Under the pieces are notes generated by a model. It did no database searches, had not been told where the DNA came from, and was given only the letters and a program-made list of their open reading frames with translations. From positions 29,766,401 through 29,830,400 of the forward strand of contig CM120641.1 of the NCBI GenBank assembly GCA_051362555.1: a stretch of DNA of 64,000 nt, written 5' to 3'. Position numbers and translations under genes: made by a program. Source of the stretch: Lingula anatina (Eukaryota; Animalia; Brachiopoda). How positions within the stretch are numbered: the first letter of the stretch is position 1; each line of letters opens with the position of its first letter. Positions 32,042-44,463 of the stretch are shown piece after piece.

Positions 32042-32705
32042 TCCATCATTTTAAGTCAAAATGATAAGCAATTTCATTGTTATAAAATGTTAGAGTACAT
32101 TTTGAAAAATATAAAGTAGAGTATGTTACATATACCAGTATATGTAGTACATATTTAACTTTTTTCAGCTTTCTAAATATAGTGTACAGTTTAATTTATT
32201 GTTAAACGTTCTTTAAACAGGTTCTGACAAGTGACAAAAGAACACTTGCATTATTTTTGTTCTGTTACAACAAGTCTTATACTTTGTCCCCTTACCAGGG
32301 CAATTTTACTACAATACATAGGGCACGGGGTGGAAAAAGGCTTTGTTTTGACTCATTTAGCTACTTGTACAGATTCTTTTTGAGGGAACATGCATTTGAC
32401 ATCTCCCTAATCTGTAATTGCATAAGTTTGCTTTTACCCTATGAATTAGGCAATATATATATATAAAAGGCTTGAAAGAATAAAAATAATACTTTATTTT
32501 GATTTTGACTGATTCAAGTAACTTTCTCTTATTATATTCTAGAATTTCTTTGTTAAATATTTGCAATATCCAATATTGTAACTATTACTGGATTAGAAGA
32601 ATTTTATTTTACAACCAAAGTCTGTTTATGTTTCCAGGCAATAACAGCTATCAATGGTGTATCATTGTATACTAAACTGCTTTGGCAACAGAAAAGTATT
32701 GGCAT

Positions 32706-35700
32706 TCAAACTTCGATATCTGGATCTGACTGCCGACCAGTCTTTTTTAATTTGTCTTCATTCTTTAACTTCGGTTTTTCTGTTCTTGTGTGCCACACCA
32801 ATACCTGGTTTGAAAAATGCATCAATATGAATAAAACAGCAATTTATACTCGGGCCCGTAGCCAGCAATTTCAGAAGGGGGGGTTCGTTTTCTGAAAAAG
32901 TGGACCTTTTACCATAAAATCCTCAAGTACATAAATCAAATTTTACCCAGAGTGGACCTTTTCCAAGCAAAAAGGGTGGTTCTTTCGAACCCCCCGAACC
33001 CCCCCTGGCTACGGGCCTGATACTGTGCACTGACAAACTATAGAAATCAAAATGCTTCCAATATTTGAAATTGCAGTTTAATTAAGAGAAAAAAGAATCC
33101 ATCATCTGTAACTCTTGTTCTTGAAAATTACCTTACCAATGCTGCAGCATTTATAATCTGCCCCACAACCCCCAGGAGCAGATGGAGGATGCCTTCTGGG
33201 TCTCAGAAGATGGCCAGAATTTTTCAAGTTAACATAAACGTGCATCTAATTTTATTCTGTCAGAAGATGGTCAGAATTTAGAGAATGGGTCAACAATGAT
33301 AATTTGGAAGGCTGTTAGAAAATAGCTCTGGATCTGCCCCTGACCCCCTACCTTTGAGCAATTTTCAGCTTTAGGTTCCAGATCTTGCATGGTGACCAGA
33401 TGTTTCAACAGCTCGGACTCCTGGTAACCTCTGGGCACCCGGATTTTGAAGTTTGCTTGTGGATTCTTTAATATCAGCTGTAGATTTATTGCAAAGCCTG
33501 CCATATCCATAGCAAATGGTCGCTCTGGTTTCCAGTATGTGAACCAGCCTGTTACCTGGATACAAAAAACAAGTAATACATATTCAAACAAGTTGATCTC
33601 AATGATTAATGTAAACAATCAAGAAAGCACAGATTTAGATGTATCCTTATCTGAAAATAATCTCTTTTCTAACAGATGAATAAGTCTATAATTGTTTCAC
33701 ATTAAAATAAAAAGTTTGTTGCAAATAGATATTTACTTAAGGACCAGAGAGGCAATAATGCCTCCTGGGTATATACCACCAACTGGATTAGGTGTATAAA
33801 AGGGATAATAAATAACCAAATAATATATAACCAAAAAGAGTTATAGAGTTTACAATACTATAATGGCCGGCTGACACAACCATGTATGGGACACAAAAAT
33901 GTATAGACTTATGAAGAATATAAAATGCAAGCCCTAACCCATCCACAAGATAAAAAAGTGATTGATCACCAGAGTTGTGTTTGTTCCTCCTTTCAATTTC
34001 TGTAAAAACAAACTTTTTACTTTTATAATTGAGATAACTCACAAGTTAAGAGACTAAGTGTACTGCCCACATACAATCATTTTTGTTTTATTTCTTAGAG
34101 AACACCACTCTCCCCCCAAGTAAAAAAGTTCAAACGTACATGTATTGCATCACTAGATAAAGCAATCGGTGGCATAAAAAATTCCCATGCTGATGGGATT
34201 TTTCTGAATAACTTAATAGCAACATTCCAAAATGTATGCTTTAAGTAACTCATAATAATAAGGGAGTATTTCTGTTTGTGTAACATATCATTTCAAAAGC
34301 TGTACATATATTATATGTACGGATTTATTTCAGATGATAATTACACTCAATCCCACAGTTATCCTCCTCTGCTGCTGAGCCAGGGTTTAAGGGCAGGTGT
34401 AGGGGCAGGGTAGTTGTGTAAGAATAGACAGCTTGATTGGGTGAGATCTCACAAGGGTCTCTTCTTCAATTCTGAACCCTGTGATATATCAGAGGGAAGC
34501 AACTTTAAACATTTTTTTTCTATTTGAAACAAGACTTACCTTTCCATTGTGGACCACTGGACTTTCATACCTCAATGCTCCCACCAGCCCCACTGGCCAA
34601 ACAGACACTTTCTTGGTGGACCTCATCTAAATGCAAAAAAAAAGGCGTATTTGAAATACAATTCCTTAGTTCTATAAACGGGGGCGTCTCGATAGTCCGA
34701 AGGTCCATTGGTCCGAAGGTTCATTGGTCCGAAGGTTCTATAGTGAACCATCGGACCAATGAACCTTCGGACTATCACTACTGCCCCCTATAAACAGATG
34801 TGTATATTCATTACCTTTAAAATTACAGTTCAAGGTCTGTTTAAGTAACTTTAAATATATGCAAGTGTCGCCTGTACAATGAAATATTAATGGGTACCTC
34901 ATCAAATAACTTGAGATCATAAGTATTGTCATCATCTGCAAAATAAACAACTCCCTGCTTGTTGTCAACATCAAGATTGTCCCTTAGCCATTTTAATGCA
35001 ATGTTTCTCTGCAATACTCCTCTGGGTTTCAACCAGTTTGGATCATTTTCTTGTAATTTATGGTCTTCTGGTGTAGCTATATTCAAGTGTGTGTAAATCA
35101 GTCCACAGTTTCTGAGAAAATTAGTGACAAGAGGGGTCTTTTCTATTGCATCTTCTACCACTATCCAGTGAAAATTTCTCACATGAAGAAATGTTTGTGA
35201 TAATCTTGTAAGCTCTGCTTTTTGAACACATCTTGCATAAGTGGGAGTAATGGCATAAATAGTAGGAAGGTCTTTAATGAAACTCTGTTGTTGTTTGAGC
35301 ATTGACACAGCACTATTTGAGTAGGTTTTGTTGAGTTCTTTCTCAAGGTGCAATAGTCTCTCCTCTTGTAATTGCAATCTTCTCTCCTTGGCAGAAAGTT
35401 CCAATACTTTTTTTGATACCCACTTCACTTCTTCATCAATGTCCATGTTGCTGCAGAAATATCCTTCAAATGATATACAAAAATATTTTATTTCAAACTA
35501 TTTAAAGTTAAATATTTATACATATATTAATTTTGGTTGAATAAAATACAAAGATACTACAGCTAATTTAATATTTAATAGAAACAAAAACAAAACTGTG
35601 TAAAATACTTGCCTCTTAACTAATGCAAGTGGTTACTTAAAGGGATATACATGTAAAACAACTGTTCGTTTTGATCAAATAACTTTTCTCCTGGGATAAA

Positions 35701-35773
35701 CAATGATTTTCCCATGCTAACCAATGGTTAATGAATCCATTTCTCCATTCACACGTACTTCAAAATTTTTTCT

Positions 35774-35823
<50 letters not shown>

Positions 35824-36363
35824 AATAATCTCTTAAGAGATTATTTCTGAGGTGTAGCCATCTATGAAGGTCTCTGATGACCAGCATAGATTGTAGAATA
35901 ATTGTGACAACTGCTGTTTTGGTGGTAAAATGGAATTTATATTTCTTTGAGTTGTTTACAATGTATTAATTGTGAAATATGGATCTCATAGGAACAGTTG
36001 TTCTCCCTTTAATTACTAGCCCTGTATGTCTCACAAATACATGTGCTGTATATATACATGTAAGCCTGCATGAAAATCCATGCATTAGCATTCCCATTTA
36101 AGAATCTTTTAATTACCGTAAATAGGACTACTAACTGTATATAGGAGTGCTCACAGTAAGAAACAACTTCTGCGTGAATTTTCGTGCTGGCCGCGTGCAA
36201 TTCACATACATGTAAGTATGCAATATGGTATATACATATGCACATTTTATATATAGCGTACTGTGCATTGGTCATTACCTTGGGAAAGTAACATAATGAA
36301 AAGGAAAATGAGCAGCAACACCAAAAACAATGCAAACCGCCGCTTGAATATAATAACAGCCAT
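32706..36363 (-). CDS. B3GAT3: Galactosylgalactosylxylosylprotein 3-beta-glucuronosyltransferase (GlcAT-I, GT43; 5 exons, 346 aa)
   Basis: Exons 36279-36363 ([28 protein letters not shown], type II anchor), 34898-35463 ([39 protein letters not shown]), 34540-34626 (SVWPVGLVG), 33352-33555 ([21 protein letters not shown]), 32706-32804 ([14 protein letters not shown]). 1041 nt. May be co-orthologous to vertebrate B3GAT1-3. Confidence 0.93.
32851..33019. mobile_element. MITE family B, inverted copy
   Basis: atact|cgggcccgtagccag...ctggctacgggcctg|atact; interior is the reverse complement of 28893-29060. Confidence 0.85.
33173..33342. mobile_element. MITE family A, diverged copy
   Basis: Internal similarity to 6125-6292; TSD acccc/acccc. 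Confidence 0.72.
34680..34788. mobile_element. Small TIR element with internal ~16-bp repeats (ggtccgaaggttcatt) in B3GAT3 intron 2
   Basis: tataaac|gggggc..gatagtccgaagg ... ccttcggactatc..gccccc|tataaac (7-8 bp TSD). Confidence 0.72.
35641..36008. mobile_element. TTAA-targeting element, diverged copy containing a long poly(T), in B3GAT3 intron 1
   Basis: ttaa|aggga...tccct|ttaa; shares ccaatggttaatgaatccattt and attgtgaaatat.gatctcata with the other copies. Confidence 0.65.
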
Positions 36364-36875
36364 GGACAATAGCTGATTGCATTTTTACAATGCATGCTAT
36401 TTAGATGACAAAATTCATTATATCCCCCACCTGTCTTACAAACACCGGAGATGAAACAACGTGGATTTGTTTGTGAGGTTCAGCGGTAATGAATAATAAT
36501 CAAGACGAGCCACATATGAAAATATAAAGGATTACTGTTTTTGTTTATAAACATATAATGTAAAACATATAATAGTGGCTCCCACATTAATGATATAGGC
36601 TCTAGAGTTTGACTGTTTTAAAAAACAAAAATAAAAGGTGGAAACTTTTCGGGAGATTTTAGCTTTCTGAATTACAGATTCACTGCCTTACATATGGAGA
36701 ACTTACCACGGGAAAGAGCAGTAAGCCAAAAGAGCTAACTAAGCCAAACGTGATTGGGGACTTGGTTGTCTAAGTTTATATTTTGGTGTGCTATAGCAAT
36801 TGTTTATTCTCAACATGAAGTAACTCTGTACGATTTTGGATTAATGCTTTTGGATCGTTTGAAAAGGTGCATGAC
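36364..36875. promoter_or_regulatory. Probable bidirectional promoter and 5'UTRs of B3GAT3 and ATXN3
   Basis: 512 bp separate the divergent ATGs at 36363 (-) and 36876 (+). Confidence 0.65.
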
Positions 36876-39800
36876 ATGGACGCAATATTTCACGAGAGAG
36901 TAAGTAAGAAATGACCAGCCCTAATAATATTCTCTACATGTAGTTGGAGGGCTGTGGCTCATTACAGAGAGATAATGATTTAGAAGGGATGTCACTAAAT
37001 ACCGAGGTAACACGAAAGGATACCATTCTGTTGCTTTAAACATCAAAGTAACTTGCTATCCAGGGGCGGATCCATGCAGAGATATTTTCTGACAGTCTTC
37101 CAGATTTTCTTTGTTAATTCGTCCTTAATTTTTGACCGTCTTCCGACAGAAAATATTAGATACCCGTCAATGTAAACTTAAAAATCTGACCGTCTTCCGG
37201 AAGACCCAGAAGACGGCCTAAATCCGCCCCTGCTATCTGTACTCTGCCCCCCAAATTTCATTGATCTTGAACTCAATCAATGTTTATCCTATAGTGTAGG
37301 TCTACCAGGTGCCGAATGTTAACTTTGGGCCCTATTATTACCGGTGTCACGTGTACGGTTCGTTCTGCATGAACCATGCATCCTGACCGAATGTACACGC
37401 AGCGAACGCGTGTATGAACTGTTCCGTGAATGATCCGTAGTTACTAGTATTCACCTGTACTGTAATATTGTACAGTATGTTCTCAACAGTGTATGTTTAT
37501 TTAAGTCTAAGAATGTACACACCGGAAGTCTCTCAGATTTGCTTGCGCTTCGTGCGCACGAGCAGAACAGATGGTTCATGCTCCAAACGATTTATGCCAC
37601 ATCAGTACTTGATCATGGTGTTATGAGTGCATGTAGTTCGTTTTCAGTGCACATTTAACCCATAAATAAGCAATCTATCATACATTTATATGTCTTTTAG
37701 AAGTAAGTTATATTTGAAGAAGAGTCTTGACTGAAAGGAACAGTAATTAAATCCTAGCTTACACTTGGGTGCTAGTCTATGTTTTAAATTAGTCAGAATA
37801 AATTTATAGTCTCTCGAGCTTTACCTTTTGAGTTATGGGGAAAAGTTTTAAATACGTACATAACTTAAGACATGCATTTTAGCTCAGACTGGAGAACATC
37901 TAGAACAAGTACATGTGTGTTTGTGCACGTGAAGAAAATTTGAACAGGCATTTCCAGTATATACACACTTTAATTACCACTGCATCATTAATACCAGTAC
38001 ATTTATCTTTTACATGTTTCATTGTTCGGTTTCAGCAAGAAGGCTCTCTGTGTGCCCAGCATTGTCTAAATGCACTCCTTCAGGGCCCTTACTTCACTGC
38101 AGTGGATCTGGCAGAGATAGCCAGGCAGTTGGATGAATCTGAAAGGAGGCACATGGCAGTGGCAGGAGAAGACTCAGAAGATTACAGAAGATTTTTGGAG
38201 GTATGCTGAAGTCTTGTTAAGGTGATGGATAAGCTGAATAATTATCGGAAATACAATTGTTTGATATTTTACAATAGGGTGTTAAGTTTGGAAGGTTATT
38301 TTCAAGCAACACTGCACAATGCTTAAATTTGTTGTTGTGATAAATCTTACAAAATAATCCATCTTTTAAAGATGTCCGTTTAAGATGTGTTTACCTTGGA
38401 ATATAGGAGTTTATATATATCATATATTAGTTATTTAAAACAGTTTTATTTGTGTCATATATTTCTTGCAGCAAGGATCTACTAATATGGATGACAGTGG
38501 TTTCTTCTCAATACAAGTGATCAACAAGGCACTGGAGGTGTGGGCCTTGGACATGATTCCATACAATAGTCCAGATCCTGTGGCTGTTGGTGCAAGAGAA
38601 AACCCAGTGTAAGTTTGGTGTCAGATTGGTTCAAAATTCATGCATTTATTATACCAATCCTTTTTACTGGATATGTACTGGATGTGCTAAAGTATGAAAG
38701 GAAAGGCTTAAAAAAAGAAAAAGAAAAAAAGAAAAAAAAAAACAAAAAACAAAAAAAAACATGAAGTGATGACCAGTCTGTGCATCCACTGGGATGCTGG
38801 AGCTTTCAAATCTCTATCTTAATGACTTCTCATCTCCTCAACTTGCACACCTATGAAAAGCCATCCAGTTTTCCAATCAACATGACCATTATTAAGATAA
38901 GATTCATTTGCTTGTTAACCAGTTAGGAGATGGGAGGTGAGTTTAATGTAAAAGAGCTCCTGCTCGTTGACATTGTTTTACATTAGTTTCTTTTAAAAAT
39001 GAACCCTTCTTAGTCTCTGTACACCAGTTCTAGATGCAAAAACCAAATTGATCTTTTCCTGTTACAAATATATCAATCATTGCTCAAGTGTGTTGCACAT
39101 CAAATGAAACTTTCTAATCTCTTCTTTAAATTAAGTTCTTACAAATATTTATTGTCTGCCAATATTGGCTGCTGACAGACACATTAAGATCCTTACTCAG
39201 TGTGACCATTTGACCCCATAAATTTTGCATGTGGGCTTTTAGCAGTTATCTCTCCCTAGGCATTTATTTTTGTCTGCATAAAAATGTAGCAAAGACTATA
39301 TGAGACTGGAATTTGCATCAATTTCTAATAATTTGAGCCACTGATTAACTACTTTACACCTGAGCAGATGAACATCCATTGAATACTAAACATTGTATAA
39401 AAAAAGCCTTATTTAATTTGGTATGGAGCAAATGTAGTTGTAATGCAATCTATATTTGCTCAATATCTCATTTGAAGCTATTGGTTTGTTATTCTACTGT
39501 TTGTGATTATTATATGCTGCATATCACCTTTGTATTATTTAATTGACAGCAGTGTTTTTTTTTTTTTTTAAATAAAATCTGACCTGTATATATTTGACTT
39601 CTTTTTTCACCCTTGTTTTTATTGCAGAGAACAACAGGCTTTCATTTGTAACTTCAAGGAACATTGGTTGTCTATCAGAAAACTTGGCCATCAGTGGTTT
39701 AATTTGAACTCTTTGCTCACAGAACCAGAACTTGTTTCTGATACTTTTCTTGCCATGTTTCTTATGCAATTACAACAAGAAGGTACGTTAATAGATAATT

Positions 39801-42800
39801 TGAAAATTTTTCAAAGTTTAGAAATTGTATTTTGATATGTAGTCAAGAGAAATCCTGTAGGTGCATGGTAATTATAGGAATAATTTGAAAATTTAGATAT
39901 TATATTTTGATTTTCCTTTTATTTATTTATACCTTCCTACCTGCCTGAAAAAGAAAGTGTTCAATGCTTGTGTGCTGCCGGCAATCACCTATGGTTCAGA
40001 GACCTGGGCACTGAATGCCTCCATGGAACACAAGCTTCAAGTAGCTCAGAGAAAGATGGAAAGAATTATGTTGAACATCAATCCAAGAGAGCGGAAAACG
40101 AATGTATGGTTACGTGAACAGACCAAAGTTAAGGACGTACTGCTCACAGTTAAAGAAATGAAATGGAGGTGGGCAGGACATGTCAAAAGAATGAAGGACA
40201 ATAGGTGGACAATCAGGCTTACAGAATGGACCCCAAGGTATGGACAAAGAAAAAGAGGAAGGCCGGTCAAACGATGGAGGGATGAATTAGATGACTACTG
40301 GAAGTCTTGGAAGAAGAAACCTTGGCCAAACTGGAAATCTGAGGCTCAGGATAGGAAACAATGGAAAAAGCATGCTGAGGCCTTTGTCCAACAGTGGAAC
40401 ACTATAGGCTCTAAATGATGATGATGATTATACAGGATGGCCCAAAATGTTTCCATTCTGATTGTACACTATTTAAAATCTGCATACTTTAATAATTATT
40501 TTCAGAAAAGTGTCACAGAAGCATGAAGTTTTTATTGGAAACGAAAAGTCTCCAATTTTCTCATTATTTCAGAACACAGGTCATTATCAGCCTATGCACC
40601 CTTTCTCTGAATTTCATTTGCTACATGGTGCATGGATTGAGCATGTCATTAAAGAAGGATATCTATTTGTAATTATAAGATTATATTGGATGTGGAGGGT
40701 GCCCTTTTTGACATTGTTTGATATTATTTTTTCATAGTAATGTAATTGTATTTCATCATTAATGTGTAAAAATAAATGAAATGAAAAAGTTTTCTTGTTT
40801 TGTATGTACAGTAAACTGTCTTGTAAATGACAGTAAGTTGCCCTCATTTACATTCAAAAAGTCCTCGAAAAGTATTTGATTTTAGAGCCTAAAAATTTGT
40901 AATATGTTCTGTATGAACCATCATTTAATGCTTAGGCTTCTGGGGAATGTAAAGAAGTTCTTTATTTATATTTATATTTCTTTTAATAACACATTCCAGG
41001 CTACTCAATATTTGTCATAACTGGGCACCTACCAGACTGCGAGGCTGACCAGCTATTACAACTGACCCCAGCTGTCCAGCCAATCAAGCCAAAGCTGATC
41101 ACAGAATCTCAAGATGCCCAAGCTGGCAGTAGTGCAGAACAAGATGATAGTGCCAGATATCAGTTTAGGCAGTCAGACTTGGAGAAGGCCCTTGCAGAAA
41201 GTGCCAAAACACTTGAGGGAACTGAGGAAGATGACCTCCAAAAGGCCCTAAAGCTTAGTGTGGAAGGTGAAAGGGTTTATTTTGAAATTGATCTATGTTT
41301 TTATTGTTAAATATGCTGTAACATTTACTATTAAAGGTTCATGGAGGTCTTGTGTGGATTTGCTTTATTTTGCATACTCCATTTCTGATTAATCATTAAA
41401 AGAAAAAAAATTGTTTAAAAAGGTTGGATGCAAAATGAAATTATTTCCTTCTTTTAAGACACCACTGGCTAATAACACCTTGAAACACAGTGTAAGGGAA
41501 TGAAATCGAGCATTAATTAATGTTGAGCAGTACTCACTATTGTAGGGCCTAACTTGGACCTATTTAAAACTCTAGGTCTTCACATCTTTTAAATGTGGGA
41601 CCCAAATACATTAGCGACAGACGAGTAAAAAAAAATCAACTTAAACCTGATAACTCTTCATTGCAGGTATACTACCAGGTAGCAGTGAGGATACTGTTGA
41701 TGGTGGTGCTGTTGAAAGTGACGTTCATTCAGTCACAGATGGTGCCGATAAGAACTGTGATACCAGTAGTGGAAATAACATAGTCACAGCCGAGGAGATA
41801 CGGCTACGGAGATTAGCATATTTAGACAAACCTGAACATGGAACAGATACTCCAGGCAAGTTTGAGTGCAAAGCTACAAGTTCTTATAACTTGACATACA
41901 GTTTTATTTATTTCATATCCAGGCAGTTAGAGCTAAGAGGACTGGTTTTTAGCTGTAACTTGAAAAATGTGCAACCTTATCCCTGGCATGGAAGTACAAC
42001 TGGTGTCAGCACACAATTTTCACACACCTTACAGGATTTTTGAGTTTACAGTTCTTTCTATGACAAAAAACATGTTAATGTTTGATTTTTCATTATGCTC
42101 AAGTGTGCAGTGGATTATGTTGTTTTAATTTTTTCTTTAATTAATTAGTTAATTTTATTGGAGTGGTAAAATTGAACATTAGTCACATGGTTTAACTCAT
42201 ATTTATGCCAACTTTTTAAGCATGTTTTCAATATGTTAAATGATGGAAAATGATGAATTGACAATTGGTGTTTTATGAAAAAACTAGTATTATGTTGTGC
42301 AAGAATGTATAAAAGAACTTCAATATAATAAGTGGTCTAGGTTTTAGTTGCTTTATTATCATGGCACTTGCACTGGTACATTATTGGGAGGTTGAGACTG
42401 TGCCTCTGAAAAAAAGACGCTCTTGTCCACAGGGTTTTCTTTTTCTACAGGATCATAAAACTCGTTCACATCGTCCTCAATCTCTATGACATAGTCATCA
42501 CTCTTAACTATATCGCATTCTGCTAAAATATTGTCCAACTTGCCAATAACAAGAGAGTTAATGTATTGCGCCACCTTGCATCTGGTTTGTGCCAGTTTGT
42601 TCTGGCATGTTCTCACAAGACTGCTCTGTGGATTGCCACAGGTGACCCCATTGCGCTGGCCTGTCACACGTTGTCTTTGTCCTGCCCCTTAACACACATC
42701 TGACATCAGACCTCCACCAGATTCTATCAGACACAAGGTTTTTCCACAAAAAAAAGCAGAATTCTGCATTTTTTAATTCAATTCTGATGGTTCCTGAGAT

Positions 42801-43055
42801 TCATCAAGGTTGAGTGTTGGATCCCATGATAAATGGGCTTTTTTAAACCTAGGCTCATTTCTGTTCTATTCCATCCCACTTGTACTTCCATGTCCTGGGG
42901 AACACTAGCACCCATTTCAAATATATTGTTAATTCAGCCACACATCAAGATTTTGCACAGAACAAGAATAATACTGATTTTTATTTTTTTTTTCAGAAAA
43001 AACTGAAGAGGAGGACTTGCAACAAGCTATCAAAATGTCAATGGAGAGCACCTGA
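36876..43055 (+). CDS. ATXN3: Ataxin-3, Josephin-domain deubiquitinase (7 exons, 331 aa)
   Basis: Exons 36876-36899 (MDAIFHER), 38036-38200 (QEGSLCAQHCLN, catalytic Cys), 38472-38608 (NMDDSGFFSIQVI), 39628-39782 (EHW..QWFNLNS, catalytic His and Asn), 41000-41266 (GYSIFV..LPDCEADQLL; UIM-like DLEKALAES and DLQKALKLS), 41667-41855 (EEIRLRRLAYLD, VCP-binding motif; GC donor), 42997-43055 (EEEDLQQAIKMSME, UIM3). 996 nt. Confidence 0.95.
37061..37232. mobile_element. MITE family A, inverted copy in ATXN3 intron 1
   Basis: Reverse complement of 6125-6292; TSD ctatc/ctatc. Confidence 0.82.
39930..40428 (+). mobile_element. 5'-truncated RTE-clade non-LTR retrotransposon in ATXN3 intron 4
   Basis: ORF 39957..40418 has RTE C-terminal signatures (CVLPAITYGSETW, AQRKMER, KWRWAGHV.R, RKRGRP..RW.D) and is followed directly by a (TGA)n tail. 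Confidence 0.92.
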
Positions 43056-44202
43056 TCTTTTCAGCCTTGCCCTGCCTGGCCTGAACATGGATGACCATGG
43101 TCCATCTAACAATTCAGCAGCAGAGCTATATGTCTGTGCCATTGCCTTTCCACAGACGTTGCAAGCTTCTAACTGAATGTATTTGATATAGCAACAGTGC
43201 ATGTTCATTATAAGTAAAGCAACATTGCATGACCATTATGAAGTAAAACAAAAGGAAACCAGATGGATGACTAATGCTAATTTCTCTTAATGAGCCAGCT
43301 GAATGTGTATCGTGCAGAAGATTTGAATTAGTAGATATTGATTAATATTTAGATGCATTAAGGGGGCATCTAATGTTATGTTGACAGAAAAGCTAACTAC
43401 TGCTACTAGTGCTGAAGGTTTCAGTTTGCAGGGTTTTACACAGTAGTAGTATAGGCAGCTGATTATTGGCCAGTATCAATTATAATTAATTTTTGTCTGA
43501 GCACAAATGGTAGATGTGCTTGGTAAAGCTAATGTTTACTTCTTGAAGATCAGTGATATTGGTATTTGTTATCAGTTAAGCTTAAAGTGAACTTTTTATC
43601 TTTAGATTACTCCGTTTGCTGCAAAAGTAATTCATTTATATTTCTTGTAAGTAGAAGCATACATATTTATTTGGGAATTACATGACAACTTATATAATTT
43701 TTTCATGGTTTTGTAATACATTCAGTAAAAGTTTATTTACCTCTTGTTTTGTCTTACAAAACATCAACAAGTAGATAACAAAAACAAAAGAAAAATGAAA
43801 ATTAATTAAAAATTACTTCATTTTTGAAATCAAAGAACTTGCCCATAGCATTTGGTGAAAATAGACATATAGCTTGAGCCTAGCCTTAACAATTAACAAT
43901 ATCTTTGTGAAGATGGAGTGAAATAGTGTGTTCACCTCACTTCCTTGAGTGGGATTTTTTTTATGTAACCTTAAACATGGTTATGTCATTCTCCAGTTAA
44001 CTTAAACAAATTCAGATGTTGTTTTGCAAATTTGTTAATTTTTTTATTTCTTTTGAAACCACTATACTTCAATAACATTTTATGCATTGTATTTTCAAAT
44101 ACAATCTGTTTATTTATAACAAAATATATAATGTACAAAAGTGACAAAATTCTACTGTGCAAATTTTTACATGCAACTTTTGTCTGAAAATTTTCAGCCA
44201 AC

Positions 44203-44463
44203 TTAGAGACCATTCCCAGAAACTATGGTACTAACTTTGGATAGATCTATCACCAAAGGGGCTCTCACTAAATTGCTATCAACTTCAGCAGCTTAGATGT
44301 CTTGCACATCCACTGAAGCTGTTAGAGGGTAATTAACTATCGTTTAGCAGCTTCAGAAGGCATGCCAGACATAAGCCGTTTAAGCTAAAGTCAATTTAGC
44401 AAGAATCCCCTTGGAGATGGGTTGATCCAGTTAGATTGATCTAGGCATGGGAACCCAGTCTAA
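44203..44463. mobile_element. Fold-back MITE family C, second copy
   Basis: Same orientation as 29329-29577; shares ctcactaaattgctatcaactt and gatctaggc.tgggaacccag. Confidence 0.68.

Noticed and set aside
34690-34776. Short regularly spaced repeats considered as a CRISPR-like array
   Set aside because: Units abut without unique spacers, sit inside a TIR/TSD-bounded element, and the context is a eukaryotic intron with no cas genes.
36009-36395. Cys-rich 128-aa minus-strand ORF
   Set aside because: Out-of-frame overlap of B3GAT3 exon 1 running into intron 1.
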